Numbered from the stretch's first letter, positions 50,435-62,640 are shown. The stretch is DNA of 64,000 bases from an uncultured Actinomycetes bacterium (GCA_963784835.1 CAWASM010000005.1:70795-134794), one strand, 5' to 3'. The notes: generated by a model not told the origin, from the letters alone. Numbers and translations are program-made.

Positions 50435-51109
50435 ATGACCAAGAAACCAGATAGTGTCGCGGCAGCCGCTCATGCGAGAGAGGTCGTCTCACGCCTCAAG
50501 GCCGAGTACCCCGGCGCAGGCATAGTTCTTGACTATGGCAACGACTGGGAACTACTCGTGGCAGTCATCTTGTCGGCCCAGTGCACCGATAAGATGGTCA
50601 ACCAGGTAACGGCCAGACTTTTCAAGAAGTACGGCGAGGTAGCAGACTACGCCTCCGCCGACCCGGTGGAGTTCGAGAGCGACATCAGGCCCACAGGCTT
50701 CTTCCGCAACAAGACCAAGCACATCATCGGCGCCGCCCAGATGATCCTGGCGGACTACCACGGCGAGGTCCCAGCGAGCATGGCCGGCCTGCTCACCCTG
50801 CCGGGAGTGGCGCGCAAGACGGCCAACGTAGTGCTGGGCAACGCCCATCCCGAGGCGTACGCAGTGGACCCGAACGCGGGCATAGCGGTGGACACCCACG
50901 TCAACCGCCTGAGTCAAAGACTAGGCCTAGCCGCTTCGAGTGACTCCGAGAAGATCGAGCGCGAACTGATGGAGATCGTGCCGAGAGAAGACTGGTTCCG
51001 CCTGACCTACCTACTGATAGAACATGGGCGAGCGGTCTGCATGGCCAGACGGCCCCGCTGCGGTGAGTGCCTGCTGGCGGACATCTGCCCGTCGGCGTTC
51101 AAGGTGTGA
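50435..51109 (+). CDS. nth: Endonuclease III
   Basis: LVAVILSAQCTDKMVN, the HhH motif LPGVARKTANVVL, catalytic-region VDTHVNRL and a C-terminal CxxxxxxCxxCxxxxxC cluster. Confidence 0.92.
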   Translation: MTKKPDSVAAAAHAREVVSRLKAEYPGAGIVLDYGNDWELLVAVILSAQCTDKMVNQVTARLFKKYGEVADYASADPVEFESDIRPTGFFRNKTKHIIGAAQMILADYHGEVPASMAGLLTLPGVARKTANVVLGNAHPEAYAVDPNAGIAVDTHVNRLSQRLGLAASSDSEKIERELMEIVPREDWFRLTYLLIEHGRAVCMARRPRCGECLLADICPSAFKV

Positions 51110-52377
51110 GGCGACCGCAGATCAGCGACCGACCCCCGACTCCGCGGCACGACCCGTATGCCGTTCTGCGCGTCCGCGATTTTCGCCTGCTCATAGTCGG
51201 GCGTCTTCTCAGCAGTCTCGGTGGAGAGATGCTCGGCTTCGCCATCGCCTGGGAGCTCTGGCTGCGCACGCATTCCGCCTTCGCCCTCGGGATGGTGGGG
51301 CTGGTGCAAGTCGCTCCGGTGATCCTGCTTTCGCTCCCGGCCGGCCACTTCGCCGACCAATACAACCGACGACGCATCTTGGTGGGAGCTCAGACCGGCT
51401 TGGTGTTCTGCTCAGTCGCCCTAGCGCTACTGTCATGGACCGAGGGCCCCATCCTGCTCATCTACGCCGTCCTCTTGGTCATCGGCGTCGCGCGCGCGTT
51501 CACTGACCCGGCCTCCTCCACGCTCATACCCGAGACTGTTCCGCCGGAGCTTTTCGCCAACGCGGCCACCTGGGGCAGTTCCGCGTGGCAGTTGGCGTCT
51601 ATCGGCGGACCGGCAATTGCCGGGATCTGGGTGGCGGCGTCCGGCAACGTGACCTGGCTCTACGTGTTCAACGCGGGTGCCGCCTCCGCGTACGTAGTGC
51701 TGCTCAGCATGATCCGAGGCCGCCACATCGCCCTTGCGCGCAAAGCCGCCACTCTGGATTCGCTCAAAGAGGGCCTGCGGTTCATGAGGGGCGCCAAGGT
51801 CATCCTCGCCGCTATAACGCTCGACATGTTCGCCGTCCTCTTCGGAGGGGCAGTCGCCCTTCTCCCTATCTTCGCCACCGACATCCTCAAGGTCGGTCCG
51901 ACCGGGCTGGGCATCATGCGTGCCGCGCCCTCGGCGGGCGCGTTGATCATGGCCTTCTCACTGGCACACCTGCCGCCCCTTAAGAAGGCCGGGAAGACCC
52001 TGTTGTGGGCGGTGACCGGTTTTGGCGTCGCCACCATAGTCTTCGGACTGTCTAGGAACATCTTCCTTTCGGTCCTCATGCTCGCCCTTCTGGGCGCGCT
52101 GGACAACATCAGCGTGGTCATCCGCAGCACGCTCATGCTCACGCGTGTTCCCGATGAGATGCGGGGGCGCATCTCCTCGGTGAACAGCATCTTCATCGGC
52201 ATGTCGAATGAATTGGGCACGTTCGAGTCCGGCTTCCTCGCGTCGCTGGTCGGGCCGGTGATCGCGGTCTGGGGTGGCGGTATCGGCACCATCCTCGTTG
52301 TGCTTGTGGTAACTCGCGTATTTCCGGACATGCGGAAGTTGAAGTCGCTCGCGGTCGAGCCCTCGACGGACCCTTAG
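51106..52377 (+). CDS. MFS transporter
   Basis: About 12 hydrophobic segments and PAGHFADQYNRRRIL (an MFS loop 2-3-like motif). The GTG start overlaps the nth stop (GTGA); the ORF track start is 51067. Confidence 0.85.
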   Translation: MRRPQISDRPPTPRHDPYAVLRVRDFRLLIVGRLLSSLGGEMLGFAIAWELWLRTHSAFALGMVGLVQVAPVILLSLPAGHFADQYNRRRILVGAQTGLVFCSVALALLSWTEGPILLIYAVLLVIGVARAFTDPASSTLIPETVPPELFANAATWGSSAWQLASIGGPAIAGIWVAASGNVTWLYVFNAGAASAYVVLLSMIRGRHIALARKAATLDSLKEGLRFMRGAKVILAAITLDMFAVLFGGAVALLPIFATDILKVGPTGLGIMRAAPSAGALIMAFSLAHLPPLKKAGKTLLWAVTGFGVATIVFGLSRNIFLSVLMLALLGALDNISVVIRSTLMLTRVPDEMRGRISSVNSIFIGMSNELGTFESGFLASLVGPVIAVWGGGIGTILVVLVVTRVFPDMRKLKSLAVEPSTDP

Positions 52378-52405
52378 CGCCGGACACTCGCTGGGCCCAA
52401 GGGCG

Positions 52406-53444
52406 CTACAGGACCCGGCAAGCTCCGTGGTAGCCGCTTCGCCAAATCGTGCTGATCTGCACGTGCGTGCCGGTGGCGTTGATCATCTGCCCGTTGCCTA
52501 TGTAGATGCCCACGTGATGGATGGTCGGGTTGCCGAAGAAGACGAGGTCTCCCGCCTTGAGCTGACTTTGGGGGACCGGAGTGCCGCAACCGTACTGCAT
52601 CTGACTTGAGTGCGGCAGCGAGACACCCACCTTGGCATACACGTACTGCACCAGGCCGGAACAGTCGAACCCGCTGGGGCTAGACCCTCCCCACACATAG
52701 GGCACCCCCACGTACTGCATGGCCAGTGAGATCACCTTCCCCCGGTCTCGAGGCTAGAAAGGCCGCTCGCGCCTTCGCCTCGGCCACCAGCTTGGCCTGT
52801 CGCGCGGCCTCGGCTTTCTTCAGTTGCGCGAGTTGCGCCTCTTTGCCCTTGAGGGCCTTGCTCTGCTTCGCGAGTTGATCGAGGACCTTCTGCTTCGCAG
52901 CGGCGGTCTGGGCCTTCAGGGCCTCCTGCTGCCGCAACTGGGAATCCAACGCAGACTTCCGATCCGCTTTTTGGGCCTTGTAGGCCTGTATCTGCTTGAC
53001 CAGTTGAGCATCCTGTTCGCTCATCCGGGTAAGCTGATCGACGCCGTTGATCAGGTCGGAGAAGCTGTTCGCATCCAAAATAACGCTCAAGAAGCTGAGA
53101 TCCCCGCCTTCGTACACGGCGACCAAGCGCTGATCGAACTGATCTTGCGCGGCCGCCAGGTCGCTCTCCGCTTGCGTCATCTCGGCCGTCGTCTTCTTCA
53201 CAGCCGCCTGGGTGTCCTTGAGTTGCTGGTTGGCGTAGTCGTAGTCCTCAGCGGCCGCCTCCATCTCACCGCTGAGCTGATCGACGAGATTGCTGAGAGC
53301 CTGGGCGTCGGCCGCGGCCTGGTCGATCGCCGGGGTCGACCCATAGGCGAAACCAGAGGCGCCAAGCGTCAGTAGCGTCACCATTAAGACGAGCGCGACG
53401 GCGCGCCGGCCGTGTTTCTGTTCGTTCACTCTGTAGCCGGTCAT
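52406..53444 (-). CDS. NlpC/P60 (C40) peptidoglycan endopeptidase with N-terminal coiled-coil (RipA-like); one frame break near 52740
   Basis: Signal/TM segment, a long Ala/Gln-rich coiled coil, then YVWGGSSPSGFDCSGLVQYVY...HHVGIYIG (Cys-His catalytic core) in ORF 52406-52735. Confidence 0.85.
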
Positions 53445-53685
53445 TGTCCCGTCCAATCCGGCTTGCTGCCCGCGTGAGCTACCAGCGGGTCCTGTCAGCC
53501 AATCTACTCTGGTGCGGCATTGTACTACTACTTGCCGCGGGCCCGCGTCCCTGCAAATCGGCGAACAGGGGGCGAAAAAGTGGGTCCGATGCGCCTTTGC
53601 CTCGACCGGCGGCGTCAGATACTCTGGGGACTGTCGTTGCTCACAGCGTCAGGAGACCAGTTTGGAAGCTTTGGGCGGCCTCTTG

Positions 53686-54277
53686 ATGTTCGCATGCTTT
53701 CGCGGATTCATAGTCTATATCTGGACCCTGCAGTGGGTGCTACGGACCTGCGCGCCTGAGAACCGGACGATGAGCCCTTCATTGGTCCGGCTGCAGGTCG
53801 TGCCCTTCTTTGGCACCGTGTGGCAGTTCTTTGTGGTCCGTGCGATCGGGTACTTCTCTGGCTAACGAATACGCCTCAAGAGCGGTGCCGCGCCGCAGAG
53901 ACGCCGGTGACAACCTGGGACTGACCAAGGCCATCGTCGATGCAGTGGTACTGACCTGCGCGATCGGGGCCTTCATCGCCGGCAGGGCACACCTGGGCAG
54001 TCCTGCGGGAACCCTGAACGCCTCCGGCTATGCCTATGCAAGCCTGTTCGAGGCCGCTGGTTACTTGCTTATGCTCAGTTTCGTACTGTCGATCATCTAC
54101 TGGATAGCGACCTACAAATCGGCCTGGCGGTTGCGGTCGCTGGGGCAGTTCGGGCTTGGCCCGCCGGTGGTCCACGTACGTTTCTGCTACCACTGCGGCG
54201 CCTTCACCGAGGGCGATGCCTATTGTCGACGGTGCGGTGCGAACCAGGAGACCCGCGCGGTGCCCGAGACAGCCTAG
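53686..54277 (+). CDS. Hypothetical membrane protein with C-terminal zinc ribbon; one frame break near 53850
   Basis: Hydrophobic segments occur in ORFs 53512-53865 and 53810-54277. The tail is CYHCGAFTEGDAYCRRCG. Confidence 0.4.
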
Positions 54278-54527
54278 GTCCCTGAAGCAGCCCCCAACCG
54301 AAGACAGCTACCGCGCGGAACGCGCGGGACTGGTCAGGCTGGCCGGTGGGTGCCGGCGCAGGCCGGTGTCTGCCAGGGAGGCTTTCGCCGCCCGAGCGGA
54401 AGCGAATGGCAATCCCGGCAAGTGCCGAGTCGGCAGGCACCGGTCTGAGCCGGTAGTAACAGTGAGTGAGACTCCGGTCCCGTGCTACCATCGCCCGGTA
54501 GGGGTGGCGATCTAGAGGGAGTCAACC

Positions 54528-55889
54528 GTGATCTTCGACCGTGAACACGAGTGCATGAGCCGGGACGACATGCGGAAGCTGCAGGGCGAGCGTCTAAGCG
54601 CCCTGGTGAAGAGGGTCTACGCCAAAGTGCCGTTCTATCGAGACCTTCTCGACCAGGCCGGCGTCGCGCCCGATGGCATCCGTGGGCTCGACGATCTCAC
54701 CCGTCTTCCGTTCACCCGCAAGTACAACCTGCGCGACAACTACCCCTTCAAGATGTTCGCCACCCCGCTCAGAGACGTGGTGCGCATCCACGCCTCGTCC
54801 GGCACCACGGGCAAGCCGACCACCGTCGGCTACACCCAAAACGACATCGACATGTGGGCCCATGTCGCGGCCCGCACTCTGGCCGGCGTCGGCGCCTCCG
54901 ACGAAGACGTTGTCCAGGTGGCCTACGGCTACGGTCTCTTCACTGGCGGCCTCGGCATGCACTATGGCTCGGAGACCTTGGGCGCGGCGGTAATACCCAT
55001 CTCGGGCAGCAACACCCAGCGGCAACTCATGCTTATGCAGGACTTCGGCACCACCGTGATCTGCTGCACTCCCAGCTTCGCCATCTACCTGTGGGACGTG
55101 GCCCAACAGTTGGGCATAGACGTCACCAAGCTGCCGCTTAAGGTGGGTGTGTTCGGCGCCGAACCCTGGTCGGAAGCCATGCGCCGGGACATCGAAGCCA
55201 AGTGGGACATCAAAGCCTGCGATATCTACGGTCTGAGCGAGATCGTGGGTCCCGGGGTCTCGTGTGAGTGCGTGGAGGCCCAGTCGGGTCTGCACATCAA
55301 CGAGGACCACTTCCTCCCGGAGATCATCGACCCCGATACCGGCGAGACCCTTCCCTACGGGCAACAGGGCGAGCTGGTGTTCACCACCCTCACCAAGGAA
55401 GCCTTCCCGCTACTCCGCTACCGGACGGGCGACATTACCAGTGTCGACCCCGAGCCGTGCATCTGTGGACGCACCAACGTGCGCATGGCCCGCGTCTCGG
55501 GCCGCACCGACGACATGCTCATCATCCGCGGAGTGAACGTCTTCCCCAGCCAGGTGGAATCGGTGCTGCTGATGTCGCCGCAGGTGGAGCCGCACTACAA
55601 GCTGATCGTCACCCGCAAAGGCCCCATGGACAACATGGAGGTGCAGGTGGAGATCAAGCCCAGCCTCCACAAAGAGGTTTTGGACGCCATGCTGTCCATG
55701 AGTGACGTGACGGTGTTCACAGAGCACGAGGCCCTGGTGGCCCTCAAGGGCGACATCCAGAAGAACATCAAGGACATCATCGGCATCAACACCAAGATCA
55801 CCTTCAAAGAGCCAGGATCCATCGAGCGTAGCGAAGGCAAGGCCCAGAGGGTGGTCGACCTGCGCAAGGAAGACGCCGGAGGCGCGTAG
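54528..55889 (+). CDS. paaK: Phenylacetate-CoA ligase (PaaK) family adenylate-forming enzyme
   Basis: GAGGGAG precedes the GTG. Motifs are [31 protein letters not shown] and YRTGD. The 453-aa length is typical. Confidence 0.8.
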   Translation: MIFDREHECMSRDDMRKLQGERLSALVKRVYAKVPFYRDLLDQAGVAPDGIRGLDDLTRLPFTRKYNLRDNYPFKMFATPLRDVVRIHASSGTTGKPTTVGYTQNDIDMWAHVAARTLAGVGASDEDVVQVAYGYGLFTGGLGMHYGSETLGAAVIPISGSNTQRQLMLMQDFGTTVICCTPSFAIYLWDVAQQLGIDVTKLPLKVGVFGAEPWSEAMRRDIEAKWDIKACDIYGLSEIVGPGVSCECVEAQSGLHINEDHFLPEIIDPDTGETLPYGQQGELVFTTLTKEAFPLLRYRTGDITSVDPEPCICGRTNVRMARVSGRTDDMLIIRGVNVFPSQVESVLLMSPQVEPHYKLIVTRKGPMDNMEVQVEIKPSLHKEVLDAMLSMSDVTVFTEHEALVALKGDIQKNIKDIIGINTKITFKEPGSIERSEGKAQRVVDLRKEDAGGA

Positions 55890-55920
55890 CCGGCCGGCAA
55901 CGGACAAGGAGCAGGAATCG

Positions 55921-56883
55921 ATGGAACGACGCGAGTCCGCCCGGCAGGCGATCCTTGAGGCCGTAGAGGGAGGAAGACATTTCCCTTCCGCCAAGGAGGA
56001 TAGCCTCCATACCCAGCTCGATCCCGAGACGCCGCAGACCAGATCGCCGGCCTACAAATTGGGCTTTGCCGACCCGGACTTCCTGCTACGCGACGAGCTT
56101 CGCCCCGCACGGCTCGAGCTGGAGTATCTGAAACCCGAGATCCTTCAGCGCGACCGCGGTATCACCTCCACGGTGGTGGTGTTCGGCAGTGCCCGCATTC
56201 CCAGCCCGGAGCAGGCGGCCTCTATTGTCGAGGAGGCGACTCGAGCTGTCGCCGAGAACCCCGACGATCCCCACGCCGCCCACAAGGAGCGCACCGCCCG
56301 GGCCCTCGCCCAAAAGAGCAGGTTCTATGACGAAGCCCGCCGGCTGGGACAGCTGATCTCGGGCATGCGAGGCGACCGCAAGGACGTGGACGCCTGCGAG
56401 CTCCCGCGGAATCCATACAAGGTGGTCGTGGTGACCGGCGGTGGTCCGGGCATCATGGAAGCGGCCAATCGCGGTGCGCACGACGCTGGCGCCGACAGCA
56501 TCGGCCTCAACATCGTCCTCCCCTTCGAGCAGAAGCCCAACGAGTACATCTCGCCACACCTTTGCTTCAACTTCCACTACTTCGCCTTGCGGAAGATGCA
56601 CTTCATGATGCGGGCAAAGGCCTTGGTGGCCTTTCCCGGAGGCTTCGGCACTTTCGATGAACTGTTCGAGGTCTTGTGCCTCATACAGACGGGCAAGATC
56701 AAGCCCATACCAGTGCTGCTCTTCGGGCGGGAGTATTGGGAACGAGTGGTCGACTTCGCCGGACTGGTGGACGAGGGTGTGATCGATCCCGACGATTTGG
56801 AGATCTTCTCTTTCGTCGAGACGGCGGAGGAGGCTTGGCAGCAGCTGGAGCCCGTGCTTTCCGCCACCTGCAAGCACACCTGA
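55921..56883 (+). CDS. LOG/TIGR00730-family Rossmann protein (nucleotide N-glycosidase-like)
   Basis: VVTGGGPGIMEAANRGA and the PGGFGTFDELFE motif. Confidence 0.8.
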   Translation: MERRESARQAILEAVEGGRHFPSAKEDSLHTQLDPETPQTRSPAYKLGFADPDFLLRDELRPARLELEYLKPEILQRDRGITSTVVVFGSARIPSPEQAASIVEEATRAVAENPDDPHAAHKERTARALAQKSRFYDEARRLGQLISGMRGDRKDVDACELPRNPYKVVVVTGGGPGIMEAANRGAHDAGADSIGLNIVLPFEQKPNEYISPHLCFNFHYFALRKMHFMMRAKALVAFPGGFGTFDELFEVLCLIQTGKIKPIPVLLFGREYWERVVDFAGLVDEGVIDPDDLEIFSFVETAEEAWQQLEPVLSATCKHT

Positions 56884-57046
56884 GCCGTCGCAGCAGGCGC
56901 GACCACCTTGCGCGCCTCGGCGACGCTCAGCAGACGTCCGGGCGGCCCGGTGCCGTATGTTATTCTTGGATAGCGAAATGGATACGCTCGACGATCCCCG
57001 CAGTCACCGCCTAGCGGCTTATGCCCGTCTCCCGCACGGGCCGACT

Positions 57047-58375
57047 ATGAACACCACAGCTCTTGAGATCATCGGCGTCGCTCTGCTGGTCATTGTCAAC
57101 GCCTTCTTCGTCGTGGCCGAGTTTGCCATCGTCAAGGTGCGCGACACCCGGATAGCCGAGCTGGCGGCCAACGGCCGGCGCAGGGCGCGGGTCGCTTACC
57201 ACATCGTCAACCATCTGGATGCGTATCTCTCGGCCACCCAGCTGGGGGTGACCGTGGCCAGCCTAGGCCTTGGCTGGCTGGGCGCCTCGGCGTTCACTCG
57301 GATCTTCGACATGGCGATCAATCGCACCGCTGCCGCCATCGTGGCCTTTGTCTTCGTCACCTTCGTCACCATCATCTTCGGCGAGTTGGTGCCCAAGTCG
57401 GTATCCATCCGCAAAGCTGAGCGATCCACCTTGCTCATCGCTCTGCCGCTCCGCTGGTTCTACGTGACAACGCGACCCGTGACCTGGCTCATGTACATCT
57501 CGGCCGCGGGCCTCCTCAAGCTGTTTCACATCAAGCCGGCCTCCGAGCGCGATCTTGCCCACTCCGAGGAGGAGCTGCGCATGATCCTGGAGGCCAGCCA
57601 GGAAGTGGGGCACATCGACGCTGTCGAGCAGACGCTCATGCGTCGAGCCCTCACCTTTGGCGACCAGAGGGTCACCGACATCATGGTGCCCCGCACGGAG
57701 ATGGTGGCGCTGCCCACCGCGTTCACCGTGTCTCAGGCCATCAAGGAGATCGAGGAGACAAACCACACCCGTTACCCTGCCTATGAAGACGACGTGGACA
57801 ACGTCGTAGGGTACGTGCACGTGAAGGATCTCTACAAGGCCCCGCAGGATGGCACTCTGCGACGCCTGCTGCGCCCCATTGGCTTCATCGCCGAGACCTC
57901 CAACATCGAAGTTGCGCTCCAACGCTTCCAAAGCACCCGCACCCCTCTGGCCATCGTCGTGGATGAGCACGGCGGCACGGCCGGCATAGTCACCATCCAG
58001 GACGTGGTTGAGGAACTCATCGGTGAAGTCCAGGATGAGTTCGACCAAGAGGCTCCCCCGGTGGAGGAACGTGGTGACGGCGCCTACTCGGTCGATGGCG
58101 CCGCCCGCGTCGACTACCTGGAGGAGACTCTGGGCCTGCAGGTGCCCGAGGAGGGCTTCCCCACTTTGGGAGGACGCGTCTTCGAGCAGTTGCAGCGGCG
58201 TCCCCGGGTGGACGACGAAGTCCGGGTGGGCAACTTCCACGCCAGAGTGCTCGAAGTAGACGGCATGCGCATCGGCAGGGTGCTCCTCACCCGCCTTGAT
58301 CTTGAAGCCGGGAGAGTCTCCGAGTTGGAGGACGCTGAGAGCACAGAGCGCGGAGACGACGACCAAGAGGACTGA
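57047..58375 (+). CDS. CNNM/HlyC-CorC family transporter (DUF21 + CBS pair + CorC_HlyC)
   Basis: The start at MNTTALEIIGVALLVIVNAFFVVAEFAIVKV is typical of DUF21. A CBS region and a C-terminal transporter-associated domain follow. Confidence 0.85.
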   Translation: MNTTALEIIGVALLVIVNAFFVVAEFAIVKVRDTRIAELAANGRRRARVAYHIVNHLDAYLSATQLGVTVASLGLGWLGASAFTRIFDMAINRTAAAIVAFVFVTFVTIIFGELVPKSVSIRKAERSTLLIALPLRWFYVTTRPVTWLMYISAAGLLKLFHIKPASERDLAHSEEELRMILEASQEVGHIDAVEQTLMRRALTFGDQRVTDIMVPRTEMVALPTAFTVSQAIKEIEETNHTRYPAYEDDVDNVVGYVHVKDLYKAPQDGTLRRLLRPIGFIAETSNIEVALQRFQSTRTPLAIVVDEHGGTAGIVTIQDVVEELIGEVQDEFDQEAPPVEERGDGAYSVDGAARVDYLEETLGLQVPEEGFPTLGGRVFEQLQRRPRVDDEVRVGNFHARVLEVDGMRIGRVLLTRLDLEAGRVSELEDAESTERGDDDQED

Positions 58376-61300
58376 TGGACTCGATCGAGATACCGCTCGA
58401 CTCCGACGCGCTTCGAGCCAATATTGGAAGGACCGCCCAGGCCGTGGTCATCCCCGCACGCTATCAGCCCCTTCTGCGGGCGACCGAGCGCTACCCCGGA
58501 GTGAACTCGCCGCTCACCGAGACCCTGCAAGAGTACTTTCACGAATATCGCAACACCGACCTACTGATCGACGGCTTCCAGGTGATACTGCTGCGCAACT
58601 GGAGCTACTTCGAGCGCTCCGATGACCGCACCAAGCTGTTCTCCCTGCTGGCCAAGCTAGTGCTCGATCTCCTCGACGCGCACCTCACTACCGGCCAGGC
58701 TTCGCTTCTTCTTCGGCAGCTTCTCACCTGGTGCGCCGCGGCCTTGTCGGGTCCCCACGGCGGCGCCTATGACAAGCCCCTCAAGGAGGTGGCTTCGTGC
58801 CTGTCGCGCTTCATCCCCCTGCAGACCCTGGCCGCGCTGGAGCGTGACACCCTGCTGCACAACCTAGTACGGGCGGCGGCGAAGCGGAGCAAGATCGGGC
58901 CGGCCTTTGCAGAGCTCTACCGCTCGTTGCTGATCCTGGGATACCGCCGGGTGGCCGAACGGTTGCCGATCCCCGAGTGGGCCATGTCCGACCAGGCGGA
59001 GCTGACCGACCGCGGCACGGTAGCGTCCGGCTTCACCGGACTGGCTCGCGACCGGATCAAGGCTCTGATCTCCAAGGCCAAGAAGGCCTCCGCCGACGAG
59101 CTGCTCTCCGCCGCGCTCCCCACCTTCTCCACCATCCTTGACGAGGCCATCGACCAAGTGTTCCGCATCGACAACCTGGAAGACCGGTTTGCCGTGTGCC
59201 TGTACTTCCTCAAGGACGATACGTTGGGCTACCGTCAGAACGAGGTGATGGTGGACCTCCTGGCCGTGGTGCGCCAGCTCATGCGGCCCGAGGGGGACAT
59301 GGACGTGGACCGCGTCCTCAGCCGCTTGACCCGGTTCTTCCGGGCCCGTGACAACCAATTCCTTCTGATGCGCTTCCAGTGCTACGAAGCCATAGGGGTA
59401 GCTATCGGCGAAGCCTGCAACATCGCCGCCGCCGACCATCTCATCGAAGACGTACTCTACTGGCGGTTCCAGTACCCTGAGATACGAGGGCGCCACCGAC
59501 GAATGGGAGACGGTGGTCAACCCCTATCACCTGCCCAAGATCCGCTGCTGGATGCACATCATCGAGTCCAATCCCGCCCTGTACGAACGGTTGGCCGCGG
59601 CTCTCAACGTCCAGTTGCGCCTGGGCGGCGTCTACATCGCCGACACCGACCTCTTCCAGCGGGACGTCACCCGCTTTCTCAACGCCGACATCAAGCCCAT
59701 CTACTTCGTGGCCAAGCAGTTACTGCGCTCCTTCCCCGTCTACTTCAACGACGTGGGTGCCGAGGGCGAGTTGCGCGCCGTCTCCACCGAGATAGACGAG
59801 ATCTGCGGGCGCCGCGACACCTTGATGCACTTCGTACGCAAACAGTCGCATGCAGAATCGTCCAACCGGCTGGTGGCCTTCGCCCGGGCGGTCTTCACTT
59901 ATTGGCTCACCTTGGATACGAAAGGGTTGGAACCGTATCTCTCGGCCAACACCTTGGCTGCCGTGCGGCGCGAGCTCGACTGGGCGAAGCAGCCTCACGA
60001 GATGCTGCTCGCCCTGCGGGAGTCCCTGCCGGCACAGCACCAGGGGCCGCTGGCGCCGGAACCGCCGGAGCCTCTGTCGCCCGAGGGTGTCGACGCCTTC
60101 GTTGAACAGCTGATCCAGATGTCCGCGGCCGACCTAGAGGAGGCCCTGGCCGACAGCCCCGAATGCGACTTGGTTGGAGGGCAATGTCACAGGCGAGTGG
60201 CCCTGATGATCCGCACTCACCAACTTCTAGCTCAAAAATACTCGCTCTCGGCCGACGGCGTGGGCCCTGCGGTGAGCCGCCACCTGCAGCTGGCTCCGGC
60301 CACCCGCGCGAACTTCGGCAAAGCCCTCGCGGCATGGCAAAAGAAGCCCACCCCTGCCTCCCGTGAACGCCTGCTCGACGTGGCGCTTTCACTTCTGGAG
60401 GAACTGCAGACCATCGTCCTCGGCCCAGACCTGTCCGTGGCCGTGGAGAACATCTACCAGAAACGCCACATAGCGGCCGGCATCCCTTCCATCTACGGCA
60501 CCTACACCGAGCCGAAGTTCGACGCACTGGGGCTGTCGTTCCGGGCAGAGAACCTCGTGACGCGCCTCTTGGAGGACCTGGTCTCGGAGGGGGTGGACCA
60601 GTATGTCACCCGCGACTCCTTGCGCCACATGAGCGCCACCATCCGGCGGTTCGAACGCGCTCTGGCCGCCGACGGCATCGACTCTCGCGATCTGGCCGCC
60701 AACCTCCGCCTGCTCAAGTCAAGCTTCAGCAGCTACAACTTCACCTTCCACCAATACCGCAACGTCTTCCAGTTCATCGTGGCCTCGGTCACCGAGCTGT
60801 CACGGCACCTCCATCCTCAGCCACGACCAGGTGCTGCATACCGTGCTCGAGCACGATCCCCGACAGTGCAAGGCTAGGGGCATGTCGCTCGACGCCGTCG
60901 CCGAGATGGTGCTGCGCGAGGTGCTGGTATCGGCCCTGGGCATGCAGACCCTCGACCGCTTCGTTTCGGCCGCGCTGCGCCAGATCTCCACCCTCACAGG
61001 CAGACTCAGCAACCCGGCCCTCACCCGCATGATGAACTACGATCCCGAACGCCTGATCTCGCCCATCCATAGCGCCAAGCCCGGCACCGACGACCAGATG
61101 ACCCTGGGCTTCAAGGGCCTGGGCCTGAAGCAGATGGCCTCCTACGGGCATCAGGGTGCCGCAGGGCTTCATCCTCTCCACTGAGTTGTTCAGCGCGATG
61201 CCCGCCATGGCCCACCGGCCACTCTTTGACGACACCCTCGAGCGCATCCGGGTCGCGCTCGCGCGGCTGCAGAAGGAGACCGGCCTGCATCTCGGCGATC

Positions 61301-62574
61301 CCGCCCGGCTGCTTACGCTGTCTATCCGCTCGGGTGCGGCCATCTCCATGCCGGGGCTCATGTCCACCTTCATCGACGTGGGGCTCAACGACCGCTTGAC
61401 CGAGGCGCTTTCGCGCAAGCCCGGGTTCGAATGGGCGGCGTGGGATTCCTATCGGCGCTTCCTGCAGTCGTGGGCCATGTCTTCCGGAATCCAGCGGGAC
61501 TTCTTCGACGATATCATGACCGAGTTCAAGGCCCGCTACGGCATCGAGCGCAAGCTCGACTTCCCGCCGGAGCACATGCGCGAACTCGCCCTCACCTACA
61601 AGGCGCGCGCCCGCGAGATGGGCGTGAAGTTCATGGACGATCCCTTCCGCCAGATAGTCGGCTGCGTGCGCAAGGTCCTCTCCTCCTGGGACTCCCCGGA
61701 GGCTCAGCTGTTCCGCCGCTATCTCGGCATCGCCCAAGAATGGGGCACGGCCGTCGTCGTGCAGCGCATGGTCTTCGGTAACCTCAGCCGCGAATCGGGG
61801 TCGGGCGTCACCTTCACCCGCAACCCCCTCGAGCCGTACAGTAGCCAGGTGCGACTCTTCGGAGACTTCACCGCGCGCAGCCAGGGTGAGGACCTGGTCG
61901 GCGGCCTGGTGTTCCCCTGGCCCATCTCCGAGGCCCAGCGGCTCGGCAGCCCCACCTATCGGGGACTTGAGCATTCTTTGGAGAAGGATTATCCCGAGGT
62001 CTATCAGGCTCTGCTTGCGGTGGCCCGCGACCTGGTGGGCAAGCGTGAGCACGACCCCCAGGAGATAGAGTTCACCTTCGAATCGGCCTCCGGCGACGAC
62101 CTCTACATCCTACAGAAGCGGGCCATGGTGCACGAGCAGTTGGACGACGCCCCCTTCTTCGACCCCCAGTCGCCACTGTTCGGCCCTCCGCTGGCGGTGG
62201 GGATGGGAGTGTCCGGCGGGGCGTACTCGGGCCGGGTGGCCATCGACATGGAGCAGATCGACCGGTTGACGGCCGAGGCGCCGAACGACAACATCCTTCT
62301 CCTGCGGCCGGACACTGTCCCCGAAGACATCGCCATGATCACCCGGGTCTCCGGCCTCCTGACGGCCAGGGGTGGAGCCACCTCGCACGCGGCCGTCACC
62401 GCCAAGCGCCTGGGCAAGACGGCGGTTGTCGATTGCCGGTCGCTGGAGGTGCTGGAGCATCAGGGGACGGCCAGCTTGGCCGGAACGGAGTTGAAGCCCG
62501 GAGATTGGCTCTCCATCGACGGACGCACGGGCAACTCCTTCTTGGGCAGCCTGCCACTACGGAAGCGGACATAA
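58375..62574 (+). CDS. About 1400-aa protein: about 900-aa uncharacterised helical N-terminal region + PPDK-type ATP-grasp (PPDK_N) + PEP-utilising swivel-His domain, no TIM-barrel domain; three frame breaks (about 59490, 60805, 61150)
   Basis: The ATG overlaps the CNNM stop (TGATG). ATP-grasp motifs are LGFKGLGLKQMASYG, VPQGFILSTELF, LSIRSGAAISMPGLMSTFIDVGLN, AVVVQRMVFGN, SGSGVTFTRNP and EIEFTFE. The swivel motif is LLTARGGATSHAAVTAKRLGK. The stop at 62574 falls directly after the swivel domain. Confidence 0.75.
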
Positions 62575-62640
62575 GTATGTGGGAGATGCGGGCACGGCGA
62601 TAATTCTCGGCCAACGAGATGAACTAGAAAGGGAAAAACC

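Noticed and set aside
53457-53685. Cyclic-di-AMP (ydaO-type) riboswitch upstream of the NlpC/P60 gene, as often seen in actinobacteria
   Set aside because: The reverse-complemented leader lacks the conserved GGGGA/ACCCGAA...CAGCTAACC-type blocks I remember. Only a vague GCTGACAGG...GGTAGCTCAC similarity is seen. A covariance-model scan (Rfam RF00379) would be needed.
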